This document shows, piece after piece, positions 54,441 through 64,000 of a stretch of 64,000 nucleotides of DNA (position 1 is the first letter of the stretch; each line of letters starts with the position of its first letter). Made by a program: the position numbers and the translations under genes. The stretch is from a phage. The DNA is taken from NCBI GenBank assembly GCA_017864995.1, contig GCA_017864995.1_4097.1; one strand, written 5' to 3'. The notes under the pieces were generated by a model. It did not search any database, had not been told where the DNA came from, and saw only the letters and a list, made by a program, of their open reading frames with translations.

Positions 54441-54951
54441 AGATGATATTCTAATCAGACTAATCAACAGTCTGTTAAAATTCGTGAATAGTGATAGCGA
54501 TACACACAATGTAGGTGACATTGAATTCAAATCATTTGGAATGTACGGTGAGGACAAAACATATTATGCATCAATGAAATTCCAAGATTATTATGAAATG
54601 TTAATTGCGTTAACATACGAAGATGTGGACCCAAGATGGAGTTCCAGTATTTCTCTGTCGAGAATGGTAATTCGTAGTAAACATCGTTACATTTCGTCAA
54701 AGAATACTCCTAATTTGTTTGATATTGTTTTGAATGAAAATACCAACCCCCCATCTAAACATGATATCGTACCTTTAACTGATGAAGTACAGTTTCAATT
54801 GAGTACCATTTGTGATGAAGATGTGATATCATGTATGAAAATTTACGAGAAGATTGGTAGTGATATCCCTAAGAACTATTACATAACAATAGATGGAACG
54901 TACCTCCGAGATGAGGCTCTAGCGTACATTGACAGCGTTTTACCAAAATAA
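54433..54951 (+). CDS. Fam3 protein
   Basis: TDEVQFQLSTICDED; start MNKDDILIRL (track 54367). Confidence 0.5.
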   Translation: MNKDDILIRLINSLLKFVNSDSDTHNVGDIEFKSFGMYGEDKTYYASMKFQDYYEMLIALTYEDVDPRWSSSISLSRMVIRSKHRYISSKNTPNLFDIVLNENTNPPSKHDIVPLTDEVQFQLSTICDEDVISCMKIYEKIGSDIPKNYYITIDGTYLRDEALAYIDSVLPK

Positions 54952-54972
54952 AGACCCTTATGGGTCTTTTTG
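54952..54972 (+). terminator. rho-independent terminator
   Basis: AAGACCC-ttat-GGGTCTT then TTTTGTGTTT. Confidence 0.65.
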
Positions 54973-54982
54973 TGTTTAGTGC

Positions 54983-55011
54983 TTTACAGGAGCATTCAGG
55001 TGTGTTATAAT
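54983..55011 (+). promoter_or_regulatory. promoter TTTACA-17-TGtTATAAT
   Basis: extended -10; RBS CAGGAGAAG then ATG 55039. Confidence 0.5.
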
Positions 55012-55038
55012 CGCTTTTAACAGAGTACAGGAGAAGAT

Positions 55039-55602
55039 ATGAGTACTGAATTAATTAAAGAAATCACATTGTTGGTAAAGCATTGTTTTAAGTTCATTGA
55101 TGATAATGGTTCACGCCAGTACATTAAAGTTAATGAGAAATATAACATTAACGTCCTAAAGAATGAAACCGTTAACAGTTATGCAAACATTGAGTTAGAT
55201 GTTGAGGACAAATACACAGCATTACACATCATTTCGTCCGGCGATAGAAAACAAGATTATCGTTCTACATTTTATGATGATAGTGTTACTGTTGGTTATA
55301 AATTTCATAAAAATAAAATTGCTTATAAGAATACATACACACATGAAGTAATTGAAGAGTACAATTATAAAATTAAAAAAGACGAGTACGATGTACTTTT
55401 ATTCAATGCGAACCTCATACACAACGCTGGAACTGTTCGCAATCTTATGTTAGCATATGAAATTCCAAAGATTATAGAAAGAAATGAATTGATAATCTTT
55501 AAAACTATATTAAAATTCAGTACGGAAGAATTAGAAGATCTAGTACTGGCTCTTAAGACGTTCATCAATGAACATGTACCTGTTAAATTAGAGGACTTAT
55601 AA
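55039..55602 (+). CDS. Fam3-like protein (degenerate motif)
   Basis: MSTELIKEITLL; KDEYDVLLFNANLIHN in motif position. Confidence 0.45.
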   Translation: MSTELIKEITLLVKHCFKFIDDNGSRQYIKVNEKYNINVLKNETVNSYANIELDVEDKYTALHIISSGDRKQDYRSTFYDDSVTVGYKFHKNKIAYKNTYTHEVIEEYNYKIKKDEYDVLLFNANLIHNAGTVRNLMLAYEIPKIIERNELIIFKTILKFSTEELEDLVLALKTFINEHVPVKLEDL

Positions 55603-56186
55603 TGCAAGCTGAACACATTCAAATTATGAAATTGATGCATGACATTGCAGAACTATCTGAAAAGCACAACATTACTGAACATGAGCCTATTGGAAATTAT
55701 CGTCTTAAAGTTGAATGCAAATCACCATATCGTTTTGGTTCAGTAGTACTGGAGTCTTATAAAGTTTACGATTATGGAACGACGAAAAAAGGTTCATGGG
55801 ATACTATGGCAATGTATATCCGCACATCAAGGCATAGTGAGCGAATCGGTTCCATTACCCCAAACATGATATTTGTCAATGCTTTACATGAAGATATTAA
55901 TCGAATTGTCGAATCCAATTTTGATGACGTAGAGAATGATACATATTTGGAAATTCCACCAGAACTAGATCAATGTGAAGACATTCGCGAAGGATACATT
56001 TTTCAGAGATCAGTACTTGACAACTTCAAGGAGTTTGAGTACATGATGCTTTGCTATGAAACTGCAAAAGCTATTGACACTGGTGAATTGGTAATGTATA
56101 GTAAGTTCATTAACTGTGAATCCGATACATTAAAAGAGCTACACACGGCAATCAAAAACATCAAGGATACATATGAACGCTTATAG
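55602..56186 (+). CDS. Fam3 protein
   Basis: REGYIFQRSVLDNFKE. Confidence 0.5.
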   Translation: MQAEHIQIMKLMHDIAELSEKHNITEHEPIGNYRLKVECKSPYRFGSVVLESYKVYDYGTTKKGSWDTMAMYIRTSRHSERIGSITPNMIFVNALHEDINRIVESNFDDVENDTYLEIPPELDQCEDIREGYIFQRSVLDNFKEFEYMMLCYETAKAIDTGELVMYSKFINCESDTLKELHTAIKNIKDTYERL

Positions 56187-56751
56187 TTATATGACAGCCC
56201 GACACCAACAGCTATATGATATCAGTACAAAGATGCTACACATTGTTGGTAGTGCCAAAGAAATTAACAAACATTACCTCATCCGTGATGTGTCATTTTC
56301 ATCTAAATGTATGTCCAAAGAATATTACGATCACGGTATTCTTACTATTTCTGGTGCCAGGAATATTTGTATTGTAAAAAATAATAGTAAAAGTAATGAA
56401 GAGTGCGAGATTAGATCCGATATCCAAATTAATGATGATGGAAGTTTTTCACACCATCCATTTCATATTAGTACTGTTGGTGTTTTATATAATATTAAAG
56501 TACTATTCGGTGATAAAGAGTATGAGTTAAAAGCTATCAATCCAGAATCAAGTACAGTTGATGAAGAACTGTTTCAGATGAGCACCGTTATACCGGAAGA
56601 GGTTCTTAGTACTGTTGTTTTTTGTAGTTTAATTTATCACACATACAAAAAGAACCAGTTCGATTTCCACATTTTAGGAACGTACATCTTCAATACTTTG
56701 AATGTTGATCGTTTAAAAGCATTAAATGCAGCAATGGACAAGGTGCTATAA
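56173..56751 (+). CDS. Fam3 protein
   Basis: VDEELFQMSTVIPEE. Confidence 0.55.
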   Translation: MNAYSYMTARHQQLYDISTKMLHIVGSAKEINKHYLIRDVSFSSKCMSKEYYDHGILTISGARNICIVKNNSKSNEECEIRSDIQINDDGSFSHHPFHISTVGVLYNIKVLFGDKEYELKAINPESSTVDEELFQMSTVIPEEVLSTVVFCSLIYHTYKKNQFDFHILGTYIFNTLNVDRLKALNAAMDKVL

Positions 56752-57179
56752 TGACAAGAGATGAATGCTTATACATATGGGATATAATTGAAACTACACT
56801 TTCAAATCCAGAAAATTATAAAACAAAAAAAAGACAACGACACAAAATATGGATAGATTTGTTCGTTGAGGGCACACACGCAGTGACTATTTGGGATTCA
56901 CCGAGGGCATCATCATCTACTCTGTTGGACAATGAATGCATTGATTGCATTAATTCCAATTTTCATCTCCACGGTACTACATATTTCGGCACATTTCTGG
57001 ATATTGAAAGTAAAGATGATATTGATTCACTTGCTTTACAATACGGAGTACTGTATGATACTAAATTAATTTACGATTTAGTACTAGCTTCTTATGTGTA
57101 TAAATTAATGATGAAATACAATCACATTTCTGTATCAGTTTATACTAAGGATATTCTTTCATTAAGAGACAAAACATGA
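56751..57179 (+). CDS. Fam3-like protein (degenerate motif)
   Basis: IDSLALQYGVLYDTK. Confidence 0.45.
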   Translation: MTRDECLYIWDIIETTLSNPENYKTKKRQRHKIWIDLFVEGTHAVTIWDSPRASSSTLLDNECIDCINSNFHLHGTTYFGTFLDIESKDDIDSLALQYGVLYDTKLIYDLVLASYVYKLMMKYNHISVSVYTKDILSLRDKT

Positions 57180-57682
57180 GTTTATTAAATGCACGAGAAT
57201 TAGTTGAGATGTATGAGATCTTATCTTCATATAAAAATTCCCCAAAAGATGTAATTCTAAACAAAAAGTTCCATGTCAATGTTGATCATATGAAAAATAT
57301 AGATATGATTTCTTTAGTGGAAAGTCGTAAATCGGGTATTGAGCGTGATATCATGCGTTTGATTTATATTACCAAACCATCATATACTAATGATAGTTCA
57401 ATTAGTAATGAGACGTTTTTGTACACTCCTTATACTGATTGTACTTTAGTTTCAATGTCTAATCAGAAACAAGATACTATCCAATTCATCAATACCAGTA
57501 CTGATAACATTGAAGAAAATGAATTCCAAAACAATACATTAAGTTCATGTAGTAGTGTTATAACCTTTATGTCATATCTGTGGTCAATCAAATCAAATGC
57601 AATTGTATATAGTTCTAATTACACACAAGATTGTATTGTTGAATCATTTAAAGTTCTAAAGGAATACTATGAAAATAACTAA
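57176..57682 (+). CDS. Fam3 protein
   Basis: IEENEFQNNTLSSCS. Confidence 0.5.
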   Translation: MSLLNARELVEMYEILSSYKNSPKDVILNKKFHVNVDHMKNIDMISLVESRKSGIERDIMRLIYITKPSYTNDSSISNETFLYTPYTDCTLVSMSNQKQDTIQFINTSTDNIEENEFQNNTLSSCSSVITFMSYLWSIKSNAIVYSSNYTQDCIVESFKVLKEYYENN

Positions 57683-58250
57683 TGATTTTATTAGAAGCTT
57701 AGTGCACCCTATGCTTGGTGTTATGAAAAAACTACAGACTCTACCTGAAGACAACGATTACAAGTTTAATCGTTTTGATTCGGATGTGTTTTGTATTGAA
57801 ATGGAAATTAATAACAATCGTTATTTTCATTTAAAATTCAAAGAATCGTCGAGTTCGCACTACAACTTTGACATGAATTTTAAAATAAGCAATGATATTG
57901 AAGAAAACGCAATATCAAATCATATTAGCAGAAATGGTTTCATGCATAGAACTAATATGTTCAATAATAAAAACAGTATTATATCTAAATGGAATCATCA
58001 ATTCACTAAAATTTGTGATATTGATTGCAGTACATTTGGTGAAGAACAATACTTTCAGTTAAGTACAATACATGAACTTCCACCATATGATTGTGTAAAA
58101 ACATGGTTTGATATTCATAATATAATTGATGATGCAATCGTACTTCCATTTGGGTTGTCAATATCATATACTGCACCTAAAACGTTTGTTTTTACTGAAG
58201 ATATGATTATGAAAAAGATATGGGCGATGATGCCACTTATGCTTGATTAA
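57669..58250 (+). CDS. Fam3 protein
   Basis: GEEQYFQLSTIHELP. Confidence 0.55.
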   Translation: MKITNDFIRSLVHPMLGVMKKLQTLPEDNDYKFNRFDSDVFCIEMEINNNRYFHLKFKESSSSHYNFDMNFKISNDIEENAISNHISRNGFMHRTNMFNNKNSIISKWNHQFTKICDIDCSTFGEEQYFQLSTIHELPPYDCVKTWFDIHNIIDDAIVLPFGLSISYTAPKTFVFTEDMIMKKIWAMMPLMLD

Positions 58251-58261
58251 CGGAGAACTAC

Positions 58262-58813
58262 ATGAATCAAAGTCATGATCTTTTTAAATTATGTGCATCC
58301 AAAGATGTGGAAGGATGGGCAGATAAAATCAATACAATTATCAACCGTTATCTTGGCTTCTGTGCACGATCACGAAGTGAAGGTTCAATGCGTTTCCAAA
58401 TAACCATGACAATCGATGGTGTTACGATTTATGTCAACGAAGAGCGTCTTGGTATTAATCTCTATGATAGTTGTGTCTTTGCTATTCACCAGAAAATGGG
58501 GGCAGGTTGGGGTTGTAATAATATGAACACCAATGCTTTTTTCTGGGTAGGTCATAGCAACACAGTACTTGATCCTTCAACTAAATCAAACCTATTAGAT
58601 GATAATATCGTATATGATTTAGCTTACTCTGAAGAACAACATTTTCAGTTAAGTACATTGCATAATTTAGTCAAATATGAAGATTGTATCAAAGCATTAG
58701 AATTATGTCATTCACTTGAACTTAAAGAAAAATTGATACAAATTTACCCGTTGTTCTTCCATGAAGAAGTTCAATGCACTTTAGATCATATTTTATATGG
58801 GTACGACAAATGA
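58262..58813 (+). CDS. Fam3 protein
   Basis: SEEQHFQLSTLHNLV; paralog of 57669. Confidence 0.55.
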   Translation: MNQSHDLFKLCASKDVEGWADKINTIINRYLGFCARSRSEGSMRFQITMTIDGVTIYVNEERLGINLYDSCVFAIHQKMGAGWGCNNMNTNAFFWVGHSNTVLDPSTKSNLLDDNIVYDLAYSEEQHFQLSTLHNLVKYEDCIKALELCHSLELKEKLIQIYPLFFHEEVQCTLDHILYGYDK

Positions 58814-59412
58814 GAAAAAGTTATCAAGAAGCTATTGACCTAATTCGAGAAGTTATTAAGGTGGCTCCTGATGCGATAGCATTCAAGAAGTCCCTATATA
58901 AAAAGTATGGTCCCATGTCAAGTATGTGCTGTCAAAAGAAACGTAGTAAATTCACTACGCAGTACTGGCATGATTCTATTATCCTGAGTAATGAACATCA
59001 GCGTATTTTAACAATCGAATCAGTAGATAATCAATATGGTGAAGGAATGATTTGTGTTCCTGACTATGATGAAATTAATTTCAATTGTGGAGATTATGAG
59101 ACTACATTATTATTACACGAGGGTTACCCTGAAGGTGATGTAATGGCAGAGTATAACCCAAAAACCAAAATACTGAAACGTGGTATGCAGTTCAAAATCA
59201 ATAACAAAGATGATGTGGAAGCAGCACTAATGCAACTTAGTACTAGTGAACCTATCACTATTGATGTAGAAGAGTTATGGGGCATCATTTCAGTACTTAA
59301 TGAGTGTTATAAAATTAAATCATTACACAAGTACGCTATCATTTTACATACTAATTGTGCAATGATAAAATGCAAGAACATACAAGAGATGGCGGTTCCA
59401 GATGAACTTTAA
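58810..59412 (+). CDS. Fam3-like protein (degenerate motif)
   Basis: VEAALMQLSTSEPI; start MRKSYQEAI (track 58774). Confidence 0.45.
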   Translation: MRKSYQEAIDLIREVIKVAPDAIAFKKSLYKKYGPMSSMCCQKKRSKFTTQYWHDSIILSNEHQRILTIESVDNQYGEGMICVPDYDEINFNCGDYETTLLLHEGYPEGDVMAEYNPKTKILKRGMQFKINNKDDVEAALMQLSTSEPITIDVEELWGIISVLNECYKIKSLHKYAIILHTNCAMIKCKNIQEMAVPDEL

Positions 59413-59986
59413 AGAAATAGAAAGTAAAATTAAGTACTTTAAAGATATTAAAAAACTTTGGGAAAAGTATAAAATTGATTATCAATTCCAAGATGATGAT
59501 ACTGTTCAAAACATTGATATTAATATTCGTGTAAAGTTCAAGAATGGCAATTATGGCGAAGTTAAATTGAATGCTATTGGTGTATTCCTTAAGGATTATG
59601 ATGGTTCTTCACTCGCTCAATTCGATTTCACACCTGATCCTGATGATATGTTATTGAGTGAAGTCAATGCATATGACCTTGAGATGTTTAATGGTAAACC
59701 TTTACTATTCCGCTTATCAGATGAATGGGATGAGATTTACTACACATACAAAGATGGTGTGATTCGAGACGCAAATGATGAAGTAGTAAATGATATGGAA
59801 GAACGTCTATTTCAAGAATCATGTGTGTCATCGGAGTCATATACATATCAATATCTACTTGACATGTTCGATTTGTATAGTAAAATAGATTCAGAAATGA
59901 GTACATTGGGTATTCATTATCTTACAATCAACGACTTTGCACAACTTGAAACAGCGGTTAAAGCCCTGGTCAAAGTACTGAAATAG
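59402..59986 (+). CDS. Fam3 protein
   Basis: MEERLFQESCVSSES. Confidence 0.55.
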   Translation: MNFKEIESKIKYFKDIKKLWEKYKIDYQFQDDDTVQNIDINIRVKFKNGNYGEVKLNAIGVFLKDYDGSSLAQFDFTPDPDDMLLSEVNAYDLEMFNGKPLLFRLSDEWDEIYYTYKDGVIRDANDEVVNDMEERLFQESCVSSESYTYQYLLDMFDLYSKIDSEMSTLGIHYLTINDFAQLETAVKALVKVLK

Positions 59987-59995
59987 GAATGAATT

Positions 59996-60409
59996 ATGAA
60001 ACTGTATCATGCGAGTACTGTAAAAATTGATAACTTTTATATCCCGTATGGTGGCCTTCATATGGGAGGTAAACACAGTGCTTTAGAAGCTGCATTACGC
60101 AAGCTGAGAAGCCCACTGAACGTTGTTGACGCTGATACAGTATACTTGCATACCTTAGAAGTTGATGTTGATAACGTGCTTCTGTGGACGGATATGGGCA
60201 GTGACGACGAATGGCGTGGAGTGATTGAGTACTGCGAAATTAACGGCTATGATGCAGTTCAGTACAAAAACGATTACGAACCAGATACAGTTCCTAGCTA
60301 TATGATTTGGGATACGTCTAAGGTTCGCATTGTTGAAGTTGATGCTATGCACATGGATGACGCAGAAATGATCATCGAAGATTTCCTTGATGAATATGAA
60401 GGTGTATAA
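59996..60409 (+). CDS. hypothetical acidic protein (137 aa)
   Basis: MKLYHASTVKID; no FQ motif; higher GC than neighbours. Confidence 0.55.
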   Translation: MKLYHASTVKIDNFYIPYGGLHMGGKHSALEAALRKLRSPLNVVDADTVYLHTLEVDVDNVLLWTDMGSDDEWRGVIEYCEINGYDAVQYKNDYEPDTVPSYMIWDTSKVRIVEVDAMHMDDAEMIIEDFLDEYEGV

Positions 60410-60927
60410 TGATTGAACCTATGACAGTACTAGCACGTACTAAATTATTATTGAAGATTGCTGAAATATTCACTGTTCTTATGTACAATAATAAAGACAT
60501 AAATGACTTAGATATTAAGCAACCGTGGCAAATTACAAAGTTCACGGCGTTCCACCGATTGTCATATAATGGTGAAACTGTTCTTGATTTTAATCCAAAA
60601 GCCAAGTTCGTGAATTACGCTGCATTATATGGATGTAATGGTGGATTAACAAATGACTTCACTAAAATAAAAGTACAATCAGAATCATTAGAATTTAATG
60701 ACTTACTATATCCAGAATTTAAGTTAACTGAAGAATCACTATTTCAGTACTCACTAATTATAAAAGATGTATATGATCTTGAGTACTACAAAGAGTTAGT
60801 AGATATTTTTAAGAATACTCGACTTTCAAAAGATATTGTGATATTCTGGTATGTTGAGTATGTTACAGAGGAATTGCTTGAAGAATTTCTTCTAAATATG
60901 ACAGCAATCAAGGAGAAGTTATGTTAG
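60409..60927 (+). CDS. Fam3 protein
   Basis: TEESLFQYSLIIKD. Confidence 0.55.
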   Translation: MIEPMTVLARTKLLLKIAEIFTVLMYNNKDINDLDIKQPWQITKFTAFHRLSYNGETVLDFNPKAKFVNYAALYGCNGGLTNDFTKIKVQSESLEFNDLLYPEFKLTEESLFQYSLIIKDVYDLEYYKELVDIFKNTRLSKDIVIFWYVEYVTEELLEEFLLNMTAIKEKLC

Positions 60928-61394
60928 ACATTTTAGGAAACATCGATACAGCAAATTATTTTATTCAAGATGCACTGTTCAATACAGTACAGAAAGGGTT
61001 GGATGTACGATGTAATATCCATCAGGGAGATGGGTATTTTGTTGATATCACTGAAACACGCAAGAACGTGTTCAATTTAAACATTACCACATTGACACGT
61101 CAGAACATTGCACGTATTTTGGTTAATAAAGATGAAATAGTTCTTCGTTATAATTCCAAATTCTTGTTCACATACAAGAAGAAGACTGACATGTTCAGTA
61201 CTAATTTGTTTGATGAACCCTTCAATCTGGAAGACTTAGAAGCAACTTTCTTTACACAGAACACTATGCTGAAATTCAATGATGTTGAATTTTCATCAGA
61301 AGTAATGTCTGAAACACTACAAATGGTTAAGGTAGTATTCTATGCTTTTCAACAGTTTAACGAAGAACGAAACAAGGTTAACAACAACAGATGA
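60921..61394 (+). CDS. Fam3-like protein (degenerate motif)
   Basis: LEATFFTQNTMLKFN. Confidence 0.45.
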   Translation: MLDILGNIDTANYFIQDALFNTVQKGLDVRCNIHQGDGYFVDITETRKNVFNLNITTLTRQNIARILVNKDEIVLRYNSKFLFTYKKKTDMFSTNLFDEPFNLEDLEATFFTQNTMLKFNDVEFSSEVMSETLQMVKVVFYAFQQFNEERNKVNNNR

Positions 61395-61755
61395 ACTAAT
61401 CGCGGCGATGGAAGCCAATGAGAAATACTTCAATGGGATTCATTTTTTTAAAACGGATCTTAGTGAAAGTAAAGTACTATATGTGTATGGCTCCCAGTAC
61501 TGCATTGTTACAAAGCACCCCGATGCGATTTCACTAAAATTTAATACTTATTCAAAAAACTTCTTGACGATTAATAAAAGCAATGTTACTATGTCTGGTA
61601 TAGGGAATCAGGTTGTTGAGATTCCTTTGGACTCAATTGATTCTATTGAGTTCTTTCAATACGAGTGCTTAGGTGTTGATTTTGGTACTGTCAGTACTGA
61701 ATCTATGCGAACATTAATTAATTTACTTAAAGGTAAAGTTCATGCTTTTAACTAA
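61342..61755 (+). CDS. Fam3 protein
   Basis: DSIEFFQYECLGVDF; start uncertain. Confidence 0.45.
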   Translation: MLFNSLTKNETRLTTTDELIAAMEANEKYFNGIHFFKTDLSESKVLYVYGSQYCIVTKHPDAISLKFNTYSKNFLTINKSNVTMSGIGNQVVEIPLDSIDSIEFFQYECLGVDFGTVSTESMRTLINLLKGKVHAFN

Positions 61756-62242
61756 TTCGATGAAGTATTCATTTAAAATTATCAAAGAAATACTAAATGG
61801 ATCTAAAAATCATAGTGGGTCTTCCTTTACTAGTGACCAGATCCAACACAGTACAAAGGATTGTACTGTAATCTTTGGGTTACATAGTCTGCGTTTGACA
61901 ATAGTAAATAATATTGATAACACAGCAATTGTAATCACCCCATGTCATATTCAGAATGATACTGGTGTATACTTACACCACATGGGGACTGTATTCTACA
62001 TCTTCAATACTGAAGAAAACATTGTTAAAGAATACAACACACTCAATGTTGATGCAGGTGAGTTATTCCAATTGAGTACTGTCAATGATTGTAACTTCAG
62101 TGACAATGCAGAAGTACTTCCATTGTTTCTAAGTCTTCTCAATAACATGGAAAAACTAACCACTGCATACAACAAAAGTGACGTACCGCAAGCAGTATTG
62201 AATATCACCGAAGCAATGGAGAAATACAAAGCTGTGACCTAA
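61742..62242 (+). CDS. Fam3 protein
   Basis: DAGELFQLSTVNDCN. Confidence 0.55.
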   Translation: MLLTNSMKYSFKIIKEILNGSKNHSGSSFTSDQIQHSTKDCTVIFGLHSLRLTIVNNIDNTAIVITPCHIQNDTGVYLHHMGTVFYIFNTEENIVKEYNTLNVDAGELFQLSTVNDCNFSDNAEVLPLFLSLLNNMEKLTTAYNKSDVPQAVLNITEAMEKYKAVT

Positions 62243-62284
62243 TATATGTGCACATGGAGTGCCTTTGAAGATCAAGGATAGATC

Positions 62285-62758
62285 ATGGAGATTAAAACTG
62301 TTGAGAATGGAAAGATAGATGACATTTTAGAGTTGGACGCATTCAAAGTTCATGATATAATGTTCAATGTAAAGGACATAATTCAGTGCTTGTTTTTATG
62401 CAGTAAAACTATGCACGACTTCTTTCACAATCCAAATACTAATGTTTTCATACTAACAATCAGTACTAGTAATTCGTTTATCATGGGTATGCCTATGAGT
62501 ACAAATGACGAGTACATTGATTGTGTTATTCGTAACAATGATAATATTACCCCACAATCTGAAGTACGTAAGAAAAAGAATACATACACCATCAAAGATG
62601 ATAAAATCATGATGTGTTGTAGTAAAGGGTTTATTTTGGATAATTTTAAAGTGAAAGATAGTTATCATGATTTTAAAGTATCAGAGACACAAACTAATGT
62701 AGTTCTTTACGCAAGTGATATTGAAAGCCTAACAGTTAAAGATCCCGATTTGGAGTAA
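62285..62758 (+). CDS. hypothetical protein (157 aa)
   Basis: MEIKTVENGKID; no clear motif. Confidence 0.5.
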   Translation: MEIKTVENGKIDDILELDAFKVHDIMFNVKDIIQCLFLCSKTMHDFFHNPNTNVFILTISTSNSFIMGMPMSTNDEYIDCVIRNNDNITPQSEVRKKKNTYTIKDDKIMMCCSKGFILDNFKVKDSYHDFKVSETQTNVVLYASDIESLTVKDPDLE

Positions 62759-62760
62759 GT

Positions 62761-62892
62761 ATGGCTAAAAATGTAAACAACTTTGTACAAAAGCATATGA
62801 ATGAGTTTAATAAACCTCAAACACATGTGGACCGTAAAAAAGCAATGAAGAATGGTAAAGTAAAACACAAGTCGAGATTTATTCTCGACTAA
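62761..62892 (+). CDS. small basic protein (43 aa, below track cutoff)
   Basis: MAKNVNNFVQKHMNEFNKPQTHVDRKKAMKNGKVKHKSRFILD; 2 nt after upstream stop. Confidence 0.35.
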   Translation: MAKNVNNFVQKHMNEFNKPQTHVDRKKAMKNGKVKHKSRFILD

Positions 62893-62925
62893 TTTTTTGT
62901 CCGAAATTTAGGAGATTGTATTACG

Positions 62926-63771
62926 ATGGATATCGCAGATTTTCGTAATTTCAAAAAGTATTCAGTACTTGAGCATATAAATGAATTTCTGAATTCCCCA
63001 ACACCGTTTGGTATCAGTTCATCAGATGTATACGATGGGTATACAATCTTCCCATGCAATGACTTTCAAATTTCTGTCAAAAAAGGTACTTCAAAAGAAG
63101 TTGCAATTCGTGATGTAGTACTGTATAGCGATTCTTCTATTTCTTACTGTCATGATGTGAACAAGTTTGAATCTCTTGCAACACCTAATTGTTCATACTA
63201 CAAATCACATGACACGATGATGTATAAAGAACAACATATCAATGGTGTTTCGTTCTATAAAACTAGCAGTGATAAATCATATACATCTAGAGATGATTTT
63301 GGAAAATACACATGTACTATGCACACGGATAATGAAAAAACAAATTACACTCATTCATTCGAGACAAAATTCCAAGAGAGTGAAGTTTCAAATATCACTA
63401 TACGAGAACAGGTTTCAGAAGGCATTGTATATCGTAGCACTGCATTCTTTCGCATGAAAGATATTGCCACAGGCAGACCAATGATGTACAATATTGAGAT
63501 ATACATGAAAGGTGATATATCCGAAGTAGTGATTAGTACTGGTTATCGTACCAACTACACATTTACAATGGAATCACCTGATGCATCGTTGGTACATCTA
63601 TTCAACAATTTATATACTTTCCAATTCGAACTTGGTTTCGAAACAAATGAATATCAAATATTTGAGATATTAAAAAGTAATATTATTAATAAATTGGAAT
63701 ATTACTTCAAGTTAGGTGGGAAGATGAACATAGTTAATACTATGTTACGCAACATAAAAGAAACAATGTAA
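62926..63771 (+). CDS. hypothetical protein (281 aa)
   Basis: MDIADFRNFKKY; RBS AGGAG; largest + strand gene in array. Confidence 0.6.
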   Translation: MDIADFRNFKKYSVLEHINEFLNSPTPFGISSSDVYDGYTIFPCNDFQISVKKGTSKEVAIRDVVLYSDSSISYCHDVNKFESLATPNCSYYKSHDTMMYKEQHINGVSFYKTSSDKSYTSRDDFGKYTCTMHTDNEKTNYTHSFETKFQESEVSNITIREQVSEGIVYRSTAFFRMKDIATGRPMMYNIEIYMKGDISEVVISTGYRTNYTFTMESPDASLVHLFNNLYTFQFELGFETNEYQIFEILKSNIINKLEYYFKLGGKMNIVNTMLRNIKETM

Positions 63772-63787
63772 TTATGGAGGATTTGGT

Positions 63788-64000
63788 ATGGATACTAAAT
63801 TCAAACTTATTTTCAAAACAGAGCCGTATATCCCTTATACTGGTGAACGTTTTATTCCACCTGGTGCAGTGGAGATTGAGCATCCTGATGGAACAAAATT
63901 GTATCTCAGCCCATGTTCGTATGAACGTGCAGTTGAAATGCTAATTATGAATAGCAAACATTGTAGTAATAAGTACATTAGCTACTTATACAATGAACAT
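63788..64000 (+). CDS. hypothetical protein, 3'-truncated by window end
   Basis: MDTKFKLIFKTEPYIPYTGE; RBS GGAGGA; open to 64000. Confidence 0.5.
   Translation, partial: MDTKFKLIFKTEPYIPYTGERFIPPGAVEIEHPDGTKLYLSPCSYERAVEMLIMNSKHCSNKYISYLYNEH

Noticed and set aside
1287-62758. Possibility that the tandem arrays are CRISPR arrays or non-coding satellite repeats
   Set aside because: Units are 180-600 bp ORFs with RBSs and protein-level (not nucleotide-level) conservation; no short identical direct repeats separated by unique spacers.
33436-62758. Fam3 E-x-x-Y-F-Q-G/S motifs as engineered TEV sites (synthetic construct)
   Set aside because: The motif is degenerate, encoded with varied codons, and embedded in dozens of divergent natural-looking genes with phage-type promoters and overlaps.

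Overview
AT-rich, almost entirely plus-strand, densely packed phage-like accessory region with no rRNA, tRNA, CRISPR, integrase or transposase that I can detect. It reads as part of a large virulent phage of a sigma70-type Gram-negative host; host and phage identity are inference only, no homology search was possible. Layout: (1) 36-1202, one minus-strand gene for an RCC1-like beta-propeller repeat protein; (2) 1287-6280, tandem array of ~24 tiny paralogous genes (Fam1, ~60 aa, N-terminal K-E-[YF]-Y, hydrophobic C-terminus); (3) 6290-8260, a ~2 kb non-coding hub with iteron-like direct repeats, hairpins and many copies of the palindrome CAGTACTG; (4) 8260-27250, ~60 small genes, most with their own near-identical sigma70-like promoter followed by a covarying GC hairpin at the transcript 5' end, including a TraR/DksA-like zinc finger, a GNAT-like protein, a protein-kinase-like protein and several dispersed paralog pairs; (5) 27493-33446, tandem array of ~27 Fam2 genes sharing a G-T-[NDQ]-[YF]-Q-[ED] motif; (6) 33436-62758, a ~29 kb super-array of 60+ head-to-tail genes (Fam3), about 50 of which share the short motif [DE]-E-x-[YFW]-[FYL]-F-Q-x-[ST]-[LT]-[VI] while being otherwise highly diverged. 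The Fam3 array, the standardized promoter-hairpin cassette and the pervasive AGTACT palindrome are the main candidates for undescribed biology. All functional calls are sequence-pattern inferences; gene starts were adjusted where an RBS-supported internal Met was evident.
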